This document shows, in pieces, positions 40,973-50,002 of a DNA stretch of 64,000 nucleotides (its first letter is position 1; each line of letters opens with the position of its first letter). The stretch lies in NCBI GenBank assembly GCA_963828735.1, contig CAWHFW010000003.1, positions 32,001 through 96,000 on the forward strand. Direction: 5' to 3'. The notes under the pieces were generated by a model that saw only the letters and a program-made list of their open reading frames with translations, was not told the DNA's origin and did not search any database. The DNA comes from an uncultured Gemmatimonadales bacterium (GTDB lineage Bacteria; Gemmatimonadota; Gemmatimonadetes; Gemmatimonadales; GWC2-71-9). The translations under genes and the position numbers were made by a program.

Positions 40973-41770
40973 CTATCCCGCCTGATGGCGCCATGCGGGG
41001 AGCAGTTCGATCACGGCGAACGTGCCGCCCTGCGGATCGGCGACGATCGCGCACCGGCCGACGCCCGGTATGTCAGCGGGCGCCGCGCGTACCGTGCCGC
41101 CGAGGGATTGCACGAGAGCGGCCTGCCCGTCGCAATCGCTCACGGCGAAGTACACCAGCCAGTGGGGCGGCACCGGCCCCCACGACAGTTGGATCGGGAA
41201 CATCCCGCCGCGAGGCGACCCGCCCTGCGAGAACGTCGTGTACGTGCCGTCCCCCATCGGCTTGGTCTCGGCCTCCCAGCCGAACAGGTCGGTGTAGAAC
41301 CGCGTTGCTCGCGGCGGGTCGCCGGTGCCGAGCTCGTTCCAGCACATCGCGCTCGTGTCGCCGATGAGTCCGGCGCCCATGTGACGGCGCGGCTCCCAGA
41401 GCGCGAACACCGCGCCGGTGGGGTCCTGCACTAGCGCCATCCGACCGACATCCAGCACGTCGAACGGGTCCATGAGCACCGCGGCGCCCAGCTCCTTCGC
41501 CCGTTTCGCCAGGTCGCTCGCGCTGGCCACCGAGATGTAGCTCAGCCAGTGCGGTGGAGCGCCGGAGTGGGCCGGCTCCAGCGCGTACAGGGCCGCGACC
41601 GCGCGGCCGTCCACGGTGAGCATGGTGTAGGACGCGTCCGGCCCCATGGGGCGATCGTCCGCGGTCCAGCCGAACAGCGCGGTATAGAAGCGTTTGGCGG
41701 CGGCGGCGTCGGGCGTGCCGAGGTCGGCCCAGCAGAACGTCCCGGGTGCGTACGTCTCCATCACGGGCAT
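40973..41770 (-). CDS. VOC/glyoxalase family protein (two-domain)
   Basis: Two W.(D/E)L.T.D..A..FY..LFGW / DP.G repeats. Confidence 0.92.
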   Translation of the reverse strand: MPVMETYAPGTFCWADLGTPDAAAAKRFYTALFGWTADDRPMGPDASYTMLTVDGRAVAALYALEPAHSGAPPHWLSYISVASASDLAKRAKELGAAVLMDPFDVLDVGRMALVQDPTGAVFALWEPRRHMGAGLIGDTSAMCWNELGTGDPPRATRFYTDLFGWEAETKPMGDGTYTTFSQGGSPRGGMFPIQLSWGPVPPHWLVYFAVSDCDGQAALVQSLGGTVRAAPADIPGVGRCAIVADPQGGTFAVIELLPAWRHQAG

Positions 41771-41824
41771 GCGTGTCCTCCTGGAAGTGTGCATCGCGGT
41801 GGGGAGGCCGGCGGCCCGACCTCT

Positions 41825-42400
41825 TTACAGGACGGACGAGGGTGGGGCTGGTTTCACGTCCAGGAGGATTCGGAGGGCCACGAGATCGTAGACCGCGTGG
41901 GCGACGATGGGCACGAGGAGGTTGCCGCTCGCGAGATGCAGCCAGCCGAGGTAGGCGCCGACGAGCGCGGCCATCACGGCGTAGGTCGCGCTGAGAAAGT
42001 GCGCCAGCCCGAACAGCATCGCGGAGATCGCGACGGCCGCCCAGGTCGGACATCGGTCGAGCAGCGCGGTCTGCACCACGCCCCTGAAGAGCGCCTCCTC
42101 GCCGAGTCCCGCCAGTCCGGCGACGAGCACGATCTCCGCCGGCGAGCTGCCGGCGAAGAGGGGCGCGATCCGCTCCTCGACCATGCGCACGAGCCTCGCG
42201 ACCGGAGGAAAGCGCGTGCGGAGACACCACCAGAGGCCCAACAGCAGAGGGGCCGTGGCCGCCATGCCGGCGGCCAGGCCCCTCGCGTTCCATTCGAGCG
42301 TCGCGAACGGCGCGACACCTGCCACCGCGCCGACGGCGAGCGCGACCAGGACCAGCGCACCTTCCGCCAGCGCGGCCAGCCGAACGGCGGCGAGCCGCAT
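41825..42400 (-). CDS. CPBP (CAAX/Abi) intramembrane metalloprotease
   Basis: EEALFRG, FGLAH, HAVYD. Confidence 0.9.
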   Translation of the reverse strand: MRLAAVRLAALAEGALVLVALAVGAVAGVAPFATLEWNARGLAAGMAATAPLLLGLWWCLRTRFPPVARLVRMVEERIAPLFAGSSPAEIVLVAGLAGLGEEALFRGVVQTALLDRCPTWAAVAISAMLFGLAHFLSATYAVMAALVGAYLGWLHLASGNLLVPIVAHAVYDLVALRILLDVKPAPPSSVL

Positions 42401-42417
42401 CGGCCCCGGCACCTGAA

Positions 42418-42975
42418 CTACTTGGCGCGCTCCAGGTACACGCCGTCGCGAGGATTCACACGCACCCGCTCGCCCTCGCCGATGAACTCGGGCACCTGGA
42501 TCGTGACCCCGTTGCTCAGCTTGGCCGGCTTGGTGCTGGCCGTCTTGGTCGCAGTCTTCATGATCGGCGCCGTCTCCACGACCTCGAGCTCGGCGGTGGC
42601 GGGCAGCATGATGGCGATCGGCCGGCCATTGAGCCACTCGACCTGGAACGTCATGCCGGGCTCCATCCACTGGCCCTGATCGCCGGTCACCTCGTCGTCG
42701 AGCGTGTACTGGTCGTAGCTCTGCGCGTCCATGACGTGCGTGCCGTTCCCGTCGCGATACATGACCTGCATTTCCTTCGTGTCCAGCCGCGCGTCCTCGA
42801 CGAACTCGGTGGCGCTCAGCCGGGTGTCGAAGGTGTTGCCGCTGGTGAGGTTCCTGAGCCTGACCTGCACGAATGCGCGCAGGTTGCCCGGGGTGCGGTG
42901 CTGGAAATCCATCACCCGGCACGGCTGGCCGTCGATGATGAGCACGTGGCCGCGGCGGATGTCGCTTGCCTTCAT
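42418..42975 (-). CDS. efp: Elongation factor P
   Basis: 185 aa; HRTPGNLRAFV loop, KPAKLSNG..IQVPEFI..GE, Y.ERA. Confidence 0.95.
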   Translation of the reverse strand: MKASDIRRGHVLIIDGQPCRVMDFQHRTPGNLRAFVQVRLRNLTSGNTFDTRLSATEFVEDARLDTKEMQVMYRDGNGTHVMDAQSYDQYTLDDEVTGDQGQWMEPGMTFQVEWLNGRPIAIMLPATAELEVVETAPIMKTATKTASTKPAKLSNGVTIQVPEFIGEGERVRVNPRDGVYLERAK

Positions 42976-43236
42976 CGGTCTGAAGCTCCGGAGAACGGTC
43001 GGTCGGCGGACGCCGGGGGTGGCGCCGCGGAGGTGGAAAATACACGGCGGCGGGCGAAGCGACAGTCACGGGTGACTGCTGTCACCGCCGGCGTCCGGCG
43101 CCCCGGCTAGGTTCGGCCGAACCCGCCGGGCGACGTCCCTGCCCGGCGACAGTCATATCACGGCCAACCAGCGAGAGCCGAATGCGCCAGGTGTCCCACG
43201 GTTAGCACGGCACCCCACGCGGAGCCCGAGCTGCCG

Positions 43237-44169
43237 GTGACGCCATGGCGTGGGCTCAAGGGCCAGGACCGGCTCGAGGCGTGGCGCGCGAACGTGGGCC
43301 GACCCCTGTCGCTCGACCTCGCCCCGGCCCCAGTTGACGCCCCACCATCGCGTGTCGCGATCGTGAGCTGGAATCTGTGGATCGGCCGGGGAAGGCTGGC
43401 CGAGGTCATCGGCCGGGTACGGGACCGCGTCGAGGCGCCGGTCATCGTGCTCCTCCAGGAGGCGTTCCGTGCCGATGCATCCATCCCCGCGAGCCGGGGC
43501 GTTCGCCGGGCCGCCGGCGCCTTTCCGCCCCGCACGGTCCCGCGCGCGGACATCGCCGAGATGGCCCGGGAGCTCCGGCTCAACCTGCGGTACGTCCCAT
43601 CCATGCGGAACGGGGTCCGGCCGAGCGACCGCGGCAATGCGATCCTCTCTGATCTCCCCCTCAGCGAAGCACGCGCCTTCGAGCTGCCGCTCGTGCTGCA
43701 GCGGCGCGTCCCGCTGGTGGCGACGGTGGAAATGTCGGGTGGACTGCTCCACGTGGTGAGCGCGCATCTCGACCCGCGCGGCCCCGCGGGCGCCGAATGG
43801 CTTGGCGGCCCCGGACGTGCCCGGCAAACCGGCTACCTCCTCGATCGTACCGAGGCTGACCTCGTTGCCCTGGGCGCGGATCTCAACCTCGCCCGTGGCA
43901 CACGCGAGCAGAGCTGGCGTCTGCTGCAGGATGCCGGCTTTACGGCGGGGGTGCCGCCGGTGCGGCACCAGTGGCGACACACCTTTCACGCTCTGCCGCG
44001 GCTGGTGCTCGACTACATCCTGGTGCGAGACCGCGGCGGGTGCGTCCGCGCCGCGCAGGTCGAGCGCCTGGACGAGCACCCGAACGATCGCGGGCCGACC
44101 GTCTTCGGGTCCGACCACCATCCCCTCCTCGCCCGGCTCGAGCTCGCCCCCGAAGGGGTCGTGACATGA
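43237..44169 (+). CDS. Endonuclease/exonuclease/phosphatase family protein
   Basis: SWN, LLQE, GNAILS, HLD, GADLN, LDYI, SDHHP. Confidence 0.88.
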   Translation: MTPWRGLKGQDRLEAWRANVGRPLSLDLAPAPVDAPPSRVAIVSWNLWIGRGRLAEVIGRVRDRVEAPVIVLLQEAFRADASIPASRGVRRAAGAFPPRTVPRADIAEMARELRLNLRYVPSMRNGVRPSDRGNAILSDLPLSEARAFELPLVLQRRVPLVATVEMSGGLLHVVSAHLDPRGPAGAEWLGGPGRARQTGYLLDRTEADLVALGADLNLARGTREQSWRLLQDAGFTAGVPPVRHQWRHTFHALPRLVLDYILVRDRGGCVRAAQVERLDEHPNDRGPTVFGSDHHPLLARLELAPEGVVT

Positions 44170-45461
44170 GCGACCTGTTCTCCGCCGGGCTCCCGTGGTG
44201 GGGCTGGGCGCTGATGGCGCTCGGCCTCATCGCACTCGTATCCGTGCTGGGGGCGCTGTTCCTCCCCGACTGGAAGGAGTCCGACTACACGCTCGGCCAG
44301 ACCGCCGAGCCCGGCAGCGAGCAGTTCGTCAACATGGCCGGTGCGTACCTCAACAACCCGGTGTATCGCGGCGGCACGGTCGAGCTGCTCCAGAACGGCG
44401 ACCGGTTCTATCCCGCGATGCTCGACGCGATTCGCACGGCCAGGGACACGATCAACTTCGAGGTCTACATCTTCGACCCCGACGAGATCGGGCGCGCGTT
44501 CATGGACGCGTTCCTCGAGCGCGCCCGCGCCGGCGTGGAGGTCCGGGTCCTGGTGGACGCCTTCGGCTCGTTCAAGCTGCGCAAGCGGCACCGGAACGAG
44601 CTCCGCCAGGGAGGAGTGAAGGTCGAGCGATTCCGGCCCTTCGGCCTGAGCAACCTGGTGCGCGTCTACCGCCGGACCCACCGGCGAGCCATCGTCGTGG
44701 ACGGGCGGGTGGCCTTCACCGGGGGCGCCGCGATCTCGAAGAAATGGGCGGGTGACGTTCGGACCGAGCATGAGTGGCGGGACAGCATGCTGCGGATCAC
44801 GGGACCCCTGGTCGGCGGCATCCAGTCGGCCTTCACCGAGAACTGGATCTACTGCACGGGCGAAGTCCTCGCGGGCGAGCGCTTCTTCCCGCCCGCGGAA
44901 GCTGGGCCCGGCCCCTGCAGCATCTCGGTGGTGAGCTCGCCGTCCGACGCGCAACAGCCCATCCGGCTGCTCTTCTGGCTCACCATGGCCAACGCCCGGC
45001 GACGGCTGTGGATCTGCAACTCCTATTTCATCCCCGACCCGCGCCTCCGGACGGCGGTGGTGGAGCGCGCGCGGAAGGGAGTGGATGTGCGGGTCCTCGT
45101 GCCCGGCAACCACACCGACGCGATCCCGGTGCAGCTCGCGGGTCGGAGCTACTACGAGGAGCTGCTCGACGCGGGCGTCCGGATCTTCGAGTTCCAGCCC
45201 GCGATGATGCACGCGAAAACCATCGTCGCCGACGAGATGTGGTCGGTCCTCGGCTCCGCGAACATGGATGAGCGAAGCATGGAGCTCAACGAGGAGAATA
45301 TCGTCGGCATCGCTGACGAGGAGCTGGCCCGCACCGTCGCGTCGGGCCTCGAGGCGGATTTCGGCCGGTCGAAGGAGGTCCGGCTGGAGGAGTGGCGGAG
45401 GCGGCCCACGTGGCAGCGTGGGATGGAGGCGGTGGCGAAGGTGTTGATCGAGCAGTACTAG
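44166..45461 (+). CDS. Phospholipase D family, cardiolipin synthase ClsB-like
   Basis: LLQNG, HRR..VDG and HAK..AD..GSAN motifs, WRD, YFIP; ATGA overlap with EEP gene. Confidence 0.88.
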   Translation: MSDLFSAGLPWWGWALMALGLIALVSVLGALFLPDWKESDYTLGQTAEPGSEQFVNMAGAYLNNPVYRGGTVELLQNGDRFYPAMLDAIRTARDTINFEVYIFDPDEIGRAFMDAFLERARAGVEVRVLVDAFGSFKLRKRHRNELRQGGVKVERFRPFGLSNLVRVYRRTHRRAIVVDGRVAFTGGAAISKKWAGDVRTEHEWRDSMLRITGPLVGGIQSAFTENWIYCTGEVLAGERFFPPAEAGPGPCSISVVSSPSDAQQPIRLLFWLTMANARRRLWICNSYFIPDPRLRTAVVERARKGVDVRVLVPGNHTDAIPVQLAGRSYYEELLDAGVRIFEFQPAMMHAKTIVADEMWSVLGSANMDERSMELNEENIVGIADEELARTVASGLEADFGRSKEVRLEEWRRRPTWQRGMEAVAKVLIEQY

Positions 45462-45512
45462 GCGGGCGCGCCGGACGATCACGCGATCGTCCGGCCGCCG
45501 GACTCTCCTGCC

Positions 45513-45788
45513 TCACCCTCCCGCGATCGCCGCCACCACCGTGATCTCATCCCCGGAACGCACCGGCGTCGCGAACCCGCTGCGAAACCGGATGTCCTCG
45601 TCGTTCAGATAGTACGTGACGAACGGATAAGGTCCGCCCGTCTCGTCGCGCAGTCTCGGCGCGAGCCGCGGAAAGCGGTCCGCGATGGCGGCGACGACTT
45701 CACCGAGCGTCTCGCCGGTGGCATCGATCGTGGCCTGGCCGTCCGCCAGGCGGGCCAGCACGGTGGGCAGGCTAAAGGTCACGGCCAT
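45513..45788 (-). CDS. MoaD/ThiS/CysO-like sulfur carrier protein
   Basis: 91 aa beta-grasp pattern, LNDEDIRF, C-terminal IAGG. Confidence 0.92.
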   Translation of the reverse strand: MAVTFSLPTVLARLADGQATIDATGETLGEVVAAIADRFPRLAPRLRDETGGPYPFVTYYLNDEDIRFRSGFATPVRSGDEITVVAAIAGG

Positions 45789-47061
45789 ACAGAGCCTCCA
45801 GTTCGCGGATGCGCGGCGCGATGATCGGAGCGTCGGGCAGGGCGCCGTGCAGTGCCTCGACGGTCTTGAGTCCGTTGCCGGTGATGCAGAGGACGAGCTC
45901 GTCCTCGGGGGCCAATCTTCCGTCCTTTGCCAGGGCGAGCGCGGCCGCCACCGTGACACCGCCCGCGGTTTCGGTGAAGACACCGGTCGTCTCGGCCAGC
46001 AGCTTGATCCCCTCGACCAGCGCGGCATCGGATACGCCCGTGGCCCAACCGCCGCTCCGGCGGATCGCGCTCGCCGCGAACCCGCCGTCCGCGGGATTCC
46101 CGATCGCGATCGAGCGCGCGATGGTATCGGGCACCACCGGCGACACGTGCTCGCCGCCCCGCTCCACGAGGTGCACGATCGGGGCGCATCCCGCGGCCTG
46201 CGCGCCGTACAGCCGCGGCGCAGCGCCGGACACCAGGCCGGCGTCGGTGAATTCCCGGAAGCCCTTCTCGAGCTTGGTCAGGAGCGAGCCCCCCGCCATC
46301 GGAGCGACGACTGCCGTCGGGAGCCGCCAGCCCAGCTGCTCGGCGATCTCGAACGCCATGGTCTTCGAGCCTTCGCCGTAGTAGCTCCGGAGGTTGATGT
46401 TGACGAGGCCCCACCCGTAGCGATCGGCCACCTGCGCGCAGAGTCGGTTCACGTCGTCGTAGGTGCCGCGCACGCGCACGAGCCGTGGGTTGTACACCGC
46501 GGTCCCGACGACCTTGCCGAGCTCGAGATCGTGCGGGATGAAGATCCAAGCCGGCAAGCCGGCGCGGGCGGCCTGCGCCGCGACCGCGTTGGCCAGATTG
46601 CCGGTCGAGGCGCACCCCACCACCTCGAGGCCCAGCCCGAGCGCGGCGTTGAGGGCCGACGCGACGACCCGGTCCTTGAAGCTGAGCGATGGGTGGCTCA
46701 CGGCGTCGTTCTTGACCCACACCCGCGCCACGCCGAGCCGACGGGCGAGGGCGGGAGCGTCGAGCAGCGGGGTGAACCCGCTGTCGAGCGAGACCACAGG
46801 CTCGCCATCGAACGGCAGCCACTCCCGGTAGCGCCAGAGGGACGGTGCGCGGGCCGCGATCGTCGCGGCATCGGGGAGCTTTCGCCCGACGTCGTACGCG
46901 GGCTCTAGCGGGCCGAGACATTCATCGCAGGTTGCCGAGGCGGCGGCAGGCTGCGGTGTCCCGCAGAGTCGGCAGACGAGGGAGAGCGGCCGAGGACCGC
47001 GCGGCCGTGCGACGGCTTCGGAGGAAGTCGGGTCGAGCGGAAGGTCGAGAAGCGTCGTCAT
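45772..47061 (-). CDS. Threonine synthase-like PLP enzyme
   Basis: N-terminal CxxC..CxxC, SLWRY, SFKDR (PLP Lys), ASTGN, EGSKT, ITGNGLK. Confidence 0.92.
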   Translation of the reverse strand: MTTLLDLPLDPTSSEAVARPRGPRPLSLVCRLCGTPQPAAASATCDECLGPLEPAYDVGRKLPDAATIAARAPSLWRYREWLPFDGEPVVSLDSGFTPLLDAPALARRLGVARVWVKNDAVSHPSLSFKDRVVASALNAALGLGLEVVGCASTGNLANAVAAQAARAGLPAWIFIPHDLELGKVVGTAVYNPRLVRVRGTYDDVNRLCAQVADRYGWGLVNINLRSYYGEGSKTMAFEIAEQLGWRLPTAVVAPMAGGSLLTKLEKGFREFTDAGLVSGAAPRLYGAQAAGCAPIVHLVERGGEHVSPVVPDTIARSIAIGNPADGGFAASAIRRSGGWATGVSDAALVEGIKLLAETTGVFTETAGGVTVAAALALAKDGRLAPEDELVLCITGNGLKTVEALHGALPDAPIIAPRIRELEALYGRDL

Positions 47062-47115
47062 TGCGTGAGTTCCCGCCCCGGGCTCCCGAAGCGTCTCTCA
47101 GCGCCGAGCCAAATG

Positions 47116-47151
47116 AAAAAGCGCCCGGTGCCAAAAAGACACTCGGGACGC
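47116..47151 (-). terminator. Intrinsic terminator in leader (riboswitch expression platform)
   Basis: Minus strand GCGUCCCGAGUGUC-UUUUU-GGCACCGGGCGC-UUUUU. Confidence 0.8.
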
Positions 47152-47154
47152 GAG

Positions 47155-47206
47155 GCTTTTTAGCATTTGTTTAACGTGGCTGCAATAGGCCGCAAATTGC
47201 CACGAA
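47155..47206 (-). ncRNA. SAM-II (SAM_alpha) riboswitch
   Basis: UUCGUGGCAAUUUGCGGCCUAUUGCAGCCACGUUAAACAAAUGCUAAAAAG: P1 CGUGGC/GCCACG, pseudoknot AUUUG/CAAAU, UUGCA and GCUAAA hallmarks. Confidence 0.87.
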
Positions 47207-47276
47207 GTCAGTTGTCTGTGTCAGTGTACGTAATCGGGTGGGGGGACGCAAGAGGGTTCGATCGGCCGACCGCGTC

Positions 47277-49010
47277 CTACCAGTCCCTTCCCTCGGACCC
47301 GCCTCCGTTCGACCGCCGCCCCTCGTGGCTCGCGAGCTGCTCGCGTTGCACGGCCTCGAGCAGCTGTCGCGCCTGGTCGGCGTCGAGCTCCTTTACCGAC
47401 TCGCCCTCCCCCGCGCCGAAGCCGCCGCCAGCCATGGCGCCCGACGCGGCCTCCGGATTCCCCTCGTAGCCGGGCACGTTCATGTTGCCGCGACCGTAGT
47501 CGGCGGAGCGGCCGCGGCCCGAGGACCCGCCCTTCATGCGGTCCTCTTCCAGCCGCTGCAGCGCCAGCTCGAGGTTCCACTTGGCGTCCTGGTCCGCCGG
47601 ATCCAGACGCAGCGCCTCCTCGTACGCGCCGACCGCGTCGAGCAGCAGTTGGCCCCGCTCGGGTGCCTCCTCGGCGGCGCGGACGAGCGCGTTGCCGAGG
47701 TTGAAGACGCTCTGCTGTCGGAGCTGGAGCCGTCCGGCCGCGTAGCGGTACCGCGCGGCCGCGTCCTCGTAGCGCTTCATGCGATAGTAGGCGTTCCCCG
47801 CGTTGTACGCCCGGACCGGCGTGCTGTCCGCGGCCAACGCGAGGTCGAATAGCTTGGCCGAGCCGGCGAAGTCGCCGGAGGCGTAGAGCCGCTCGCCCTT
47901 CCTGGCGTCGAGCGACCCCCGCGCGCAGCCGCCGTTCAGGAGCAGCAGAAGCGGCAGCAGCACGGCGGCGACCGCGTGCGCACGCGCGCGCACTGGCACG
48001 GGTGTCCGCCGGCGCCGTACGCGGGCGGCCAGCCACATCTCGCCGAGCAGCGCGATGACGGCCAGCGCCAGCGGCCACTGAAAGCGGTCCGCATGCTCGG
48101 TCACCTGTTGGGTCGAGAGGGTGCGGGTGCGGACCTCGGCGAGCGCTTCGCGCAGCGCCTTGCGATCGTCGGCACGGGCAGCCCGTGCATACGCGCCACC
48201 CGTCAGCTTCGCCGCGGTCCGGAGCTCGTTCTCCTCCAGGCGCGAGATCGCGACTCGTCCGATGTGATCGCGATGGAACTTCTCCGGCGCCTCCGAGCTG
48301 TCGGCCGGCACCGGGCCGCCGCCGCTCGTGCCGACGCCGAGCGCGAACACCGGGATGCCCTCGCCGCGGAGGCTCGCGGTCGCGGCCTCGAGATCGCCCT
48401 CGTCGCTCTCGCCGTCGCTCGCGAGGAGCACGGCGCGGTGGCCGCGGTCGCCTTCGTGCTCGAAGACCTTGCCGGCCGTGGCGAGCGCAGTCCCGATGTC
48501 GGTCGCGGGGTCGCCGAGGTCGTCGGGCGTCGCGGCATCGAGGAACAGCTTGAAGGTCGCGTGATCCGAGGTGAGCGGGAGCTGCAGGAACGCGCTGCCG
48601 CCGAACACGACGAGCCCGACCCGATCGCCCGGCGACGCGGAGACCACCTCCCACACCGCATCCTTCGCCGCCGCCAGCCGGGTCGGCGACACGTCGGTCA
48701 CCGTCATCGAGCGCGAGAGATCCAGCACCACCAGCAGGTCCCTGCCCGTCCGCGCGAGCTCCGCCGGCCGCTCGCCGAGCTGCGGGCGCGCGAGCGCGAG
48801 CACGCCCAGCCCGAGCGCCGATGCCTGCAACCACGCGCGGAGGCGCGCGGTGCGTCCGTCGCTCAGGCTCGATCCACGCTCCAGCACCGCCGGCTCGCCG
48901 AACGCACGAAGCTCGGCCTCCCGCCGCCGCGTGCCGAGGAGCAGCGCGCGCAGCGTGACCGGCACGAGCACCACGCCGAGCAGGAGGACGGCCGGCCAGG
49001 CGAAGCTCAT
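47277..49010 (-). CDS. BatB-like VWA protein fused to TPR domain
   Basis: ALARPQ, DLSRSM MIDAS, PLTSD, SDGE; YNAGNAYY / FNLGNAL / AKWNLELA TPRs. Confidence 0.9.
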   Translation of the reverse strand: MSFAWPAVLLLGVVLVPVTLRALLLGTRRREAELRAFGEPAVLERGSSLSDGRTARLRAWLQASALGLGVLALARPQLGERPAELARTGRDLLVVLDLSRSMTVTDVSPTRLAAAKDAVWEVVSASPGDRVGLVVFGGSAFLQLPLTSDHATFKLFLDAATPDDLGDPATDIGTALATAGKVFEHEGDRGHRAVLLASDGESDEGDLEAATASLRGEGIPVFALGVGTSGGGPVPADSSEAPEKFHRDHIGRVAISRLEENELRTAAKLTGGAYARAARADDRKALREALAEVRTRTLSTQQVTEHADRFQWPLALAVIALLGEMWLAARVRRRRTPVPVRARAHAVAAVLLPLLLLLNGGCARGSLDARKGERLYASGDFAGSAKLFDLALAADSTPVRAYNAGNAYYRMKRYEDAAARYRYAAGRLQLRQQSVFNLGNALVRAAEEAPERGQLLLDAVGAYEEALRLDPADQDAKWNLELALQRLEEDRMKGGSSGRGRSADYGRGNMNVPGYEGNPEAASGAMAGGGFGAGEGESVKELDADQARQLLEAVQREQLASHEGRRSNGGGSEGRDW

Positions 49011-50002
49011 GGGACGCTCCGGAGTCGCGTCGCGCCCAGAACGAGGCCGGCGGCCAGCAGGAGGAGACCCGGCGCGAGCGCGTACGCGTACAGCTCGCGG
49101 TAATCGCGGGTCTCGCTGATCTTCACGTCCCGCCGCTCGATCGGATCGATCGCGCTCAGGATGTGGGTGAGCGCCTCCGGATCGGTCGCCCGGAAGTACC
49201 GGCCGCCGCTCCGATCCGAGATCCGCTTGAGGATCACCTCGTCGCCGCTGGTGAGGCGGTCGGGTGTCCGTCCACCCCAGCGCCAGATGAACCGCTTGTC
49301 GGGCCCGGAGGTGTCGGCCGCGCTCACCCCGATCGTGTGGATGCGAACGCCGATCGCCCGCGCGGCCTCGGCCGCGACCAGCGGCGACGGCTGGCCGGTA
49401 TTGTTGGCGCCATCGGTGATGAGGACGACCACGCTCGCCGTCGCGGGCAGATCCTTGAGCTGATTGAGGCTCATCGTGAGCGCCGTGCCGATCGCCGTCC
49501 CGTCGGGCAGCATCCCGATGTCCACCCGCCCGAGCATGCGGTCGAGGAGGTCGGTGTCGGGCGTGAGCGGGGCCTGGAGGAAGGCGCGCCCGGCGAAGAT
49601 CACCAGCCCGAGCAGGTCGCCTTTCCGTTCGCGGGCGAAGTCGGCCAGCACCTTCCGCGCGACCATGAGGCGGTTGCCAGGCTTGAAGTCGCCCGCCTTC
49701 ATGCTGCTCGAGATGTCGAGCGCGAGCATGATGTTGCGTGACTTGCTCCGGATCTGGCGGACCTCGTGCGGCACCTGCGGCCGCGCCAGCGCGACGACCA
49801 GCAGCGCCAGGCCGAGCATGCGGAGCGCGTCGGGAACCCACGGCCAGCGCGCGCGACGAGTGGTCGGGGCGCCGGCGAGGAACGCGAGCCCCGGAAAGCC
49901 GATCCGCTCGACCGGCGCGCGCCGCCGCTCGCGCCACTGGGTCCAGGCCCAGGCGCCCGGGACGAGGAGCAACAGCAGATAGAGGGGGTCAGCGAACCGC
50001 AT
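49007..50002 (-). CDS. BatA-like VWA domain protein
   Basis: ALARPQ, DISSSM, GTAIG, ITDGANN, GGRYFRATD. Confidence 0.92.
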   Translation of the reverse strand: MRFADPLYLLLLLVPGAWAWTQWRERRRAPVERIGFPGLAFLAGAPTTRRARWPWVPDALRMLGLALLVVALARPQVPHEVRQIRSKSRNIMLALDISSSMKAGDFKPGNRLMVARKVLADFARERKGDLLGLVIFAGRAFLQAPLTPDTDLLDRMLGRVDIGMLPDGTAIGTALTMSLNQLKDLPATASVVVLITDGANNTGQPSPLVAAEAARAIGVRIHTIGVSAADTSGPDKRFIWRWGGRTPDRLTSGDEVILKRISDRSGGRYFRATDPEALTHILSAIDPIERRDVKISETRDYRELYAYALAPGLLLLAAGLVLGATRLRSVP

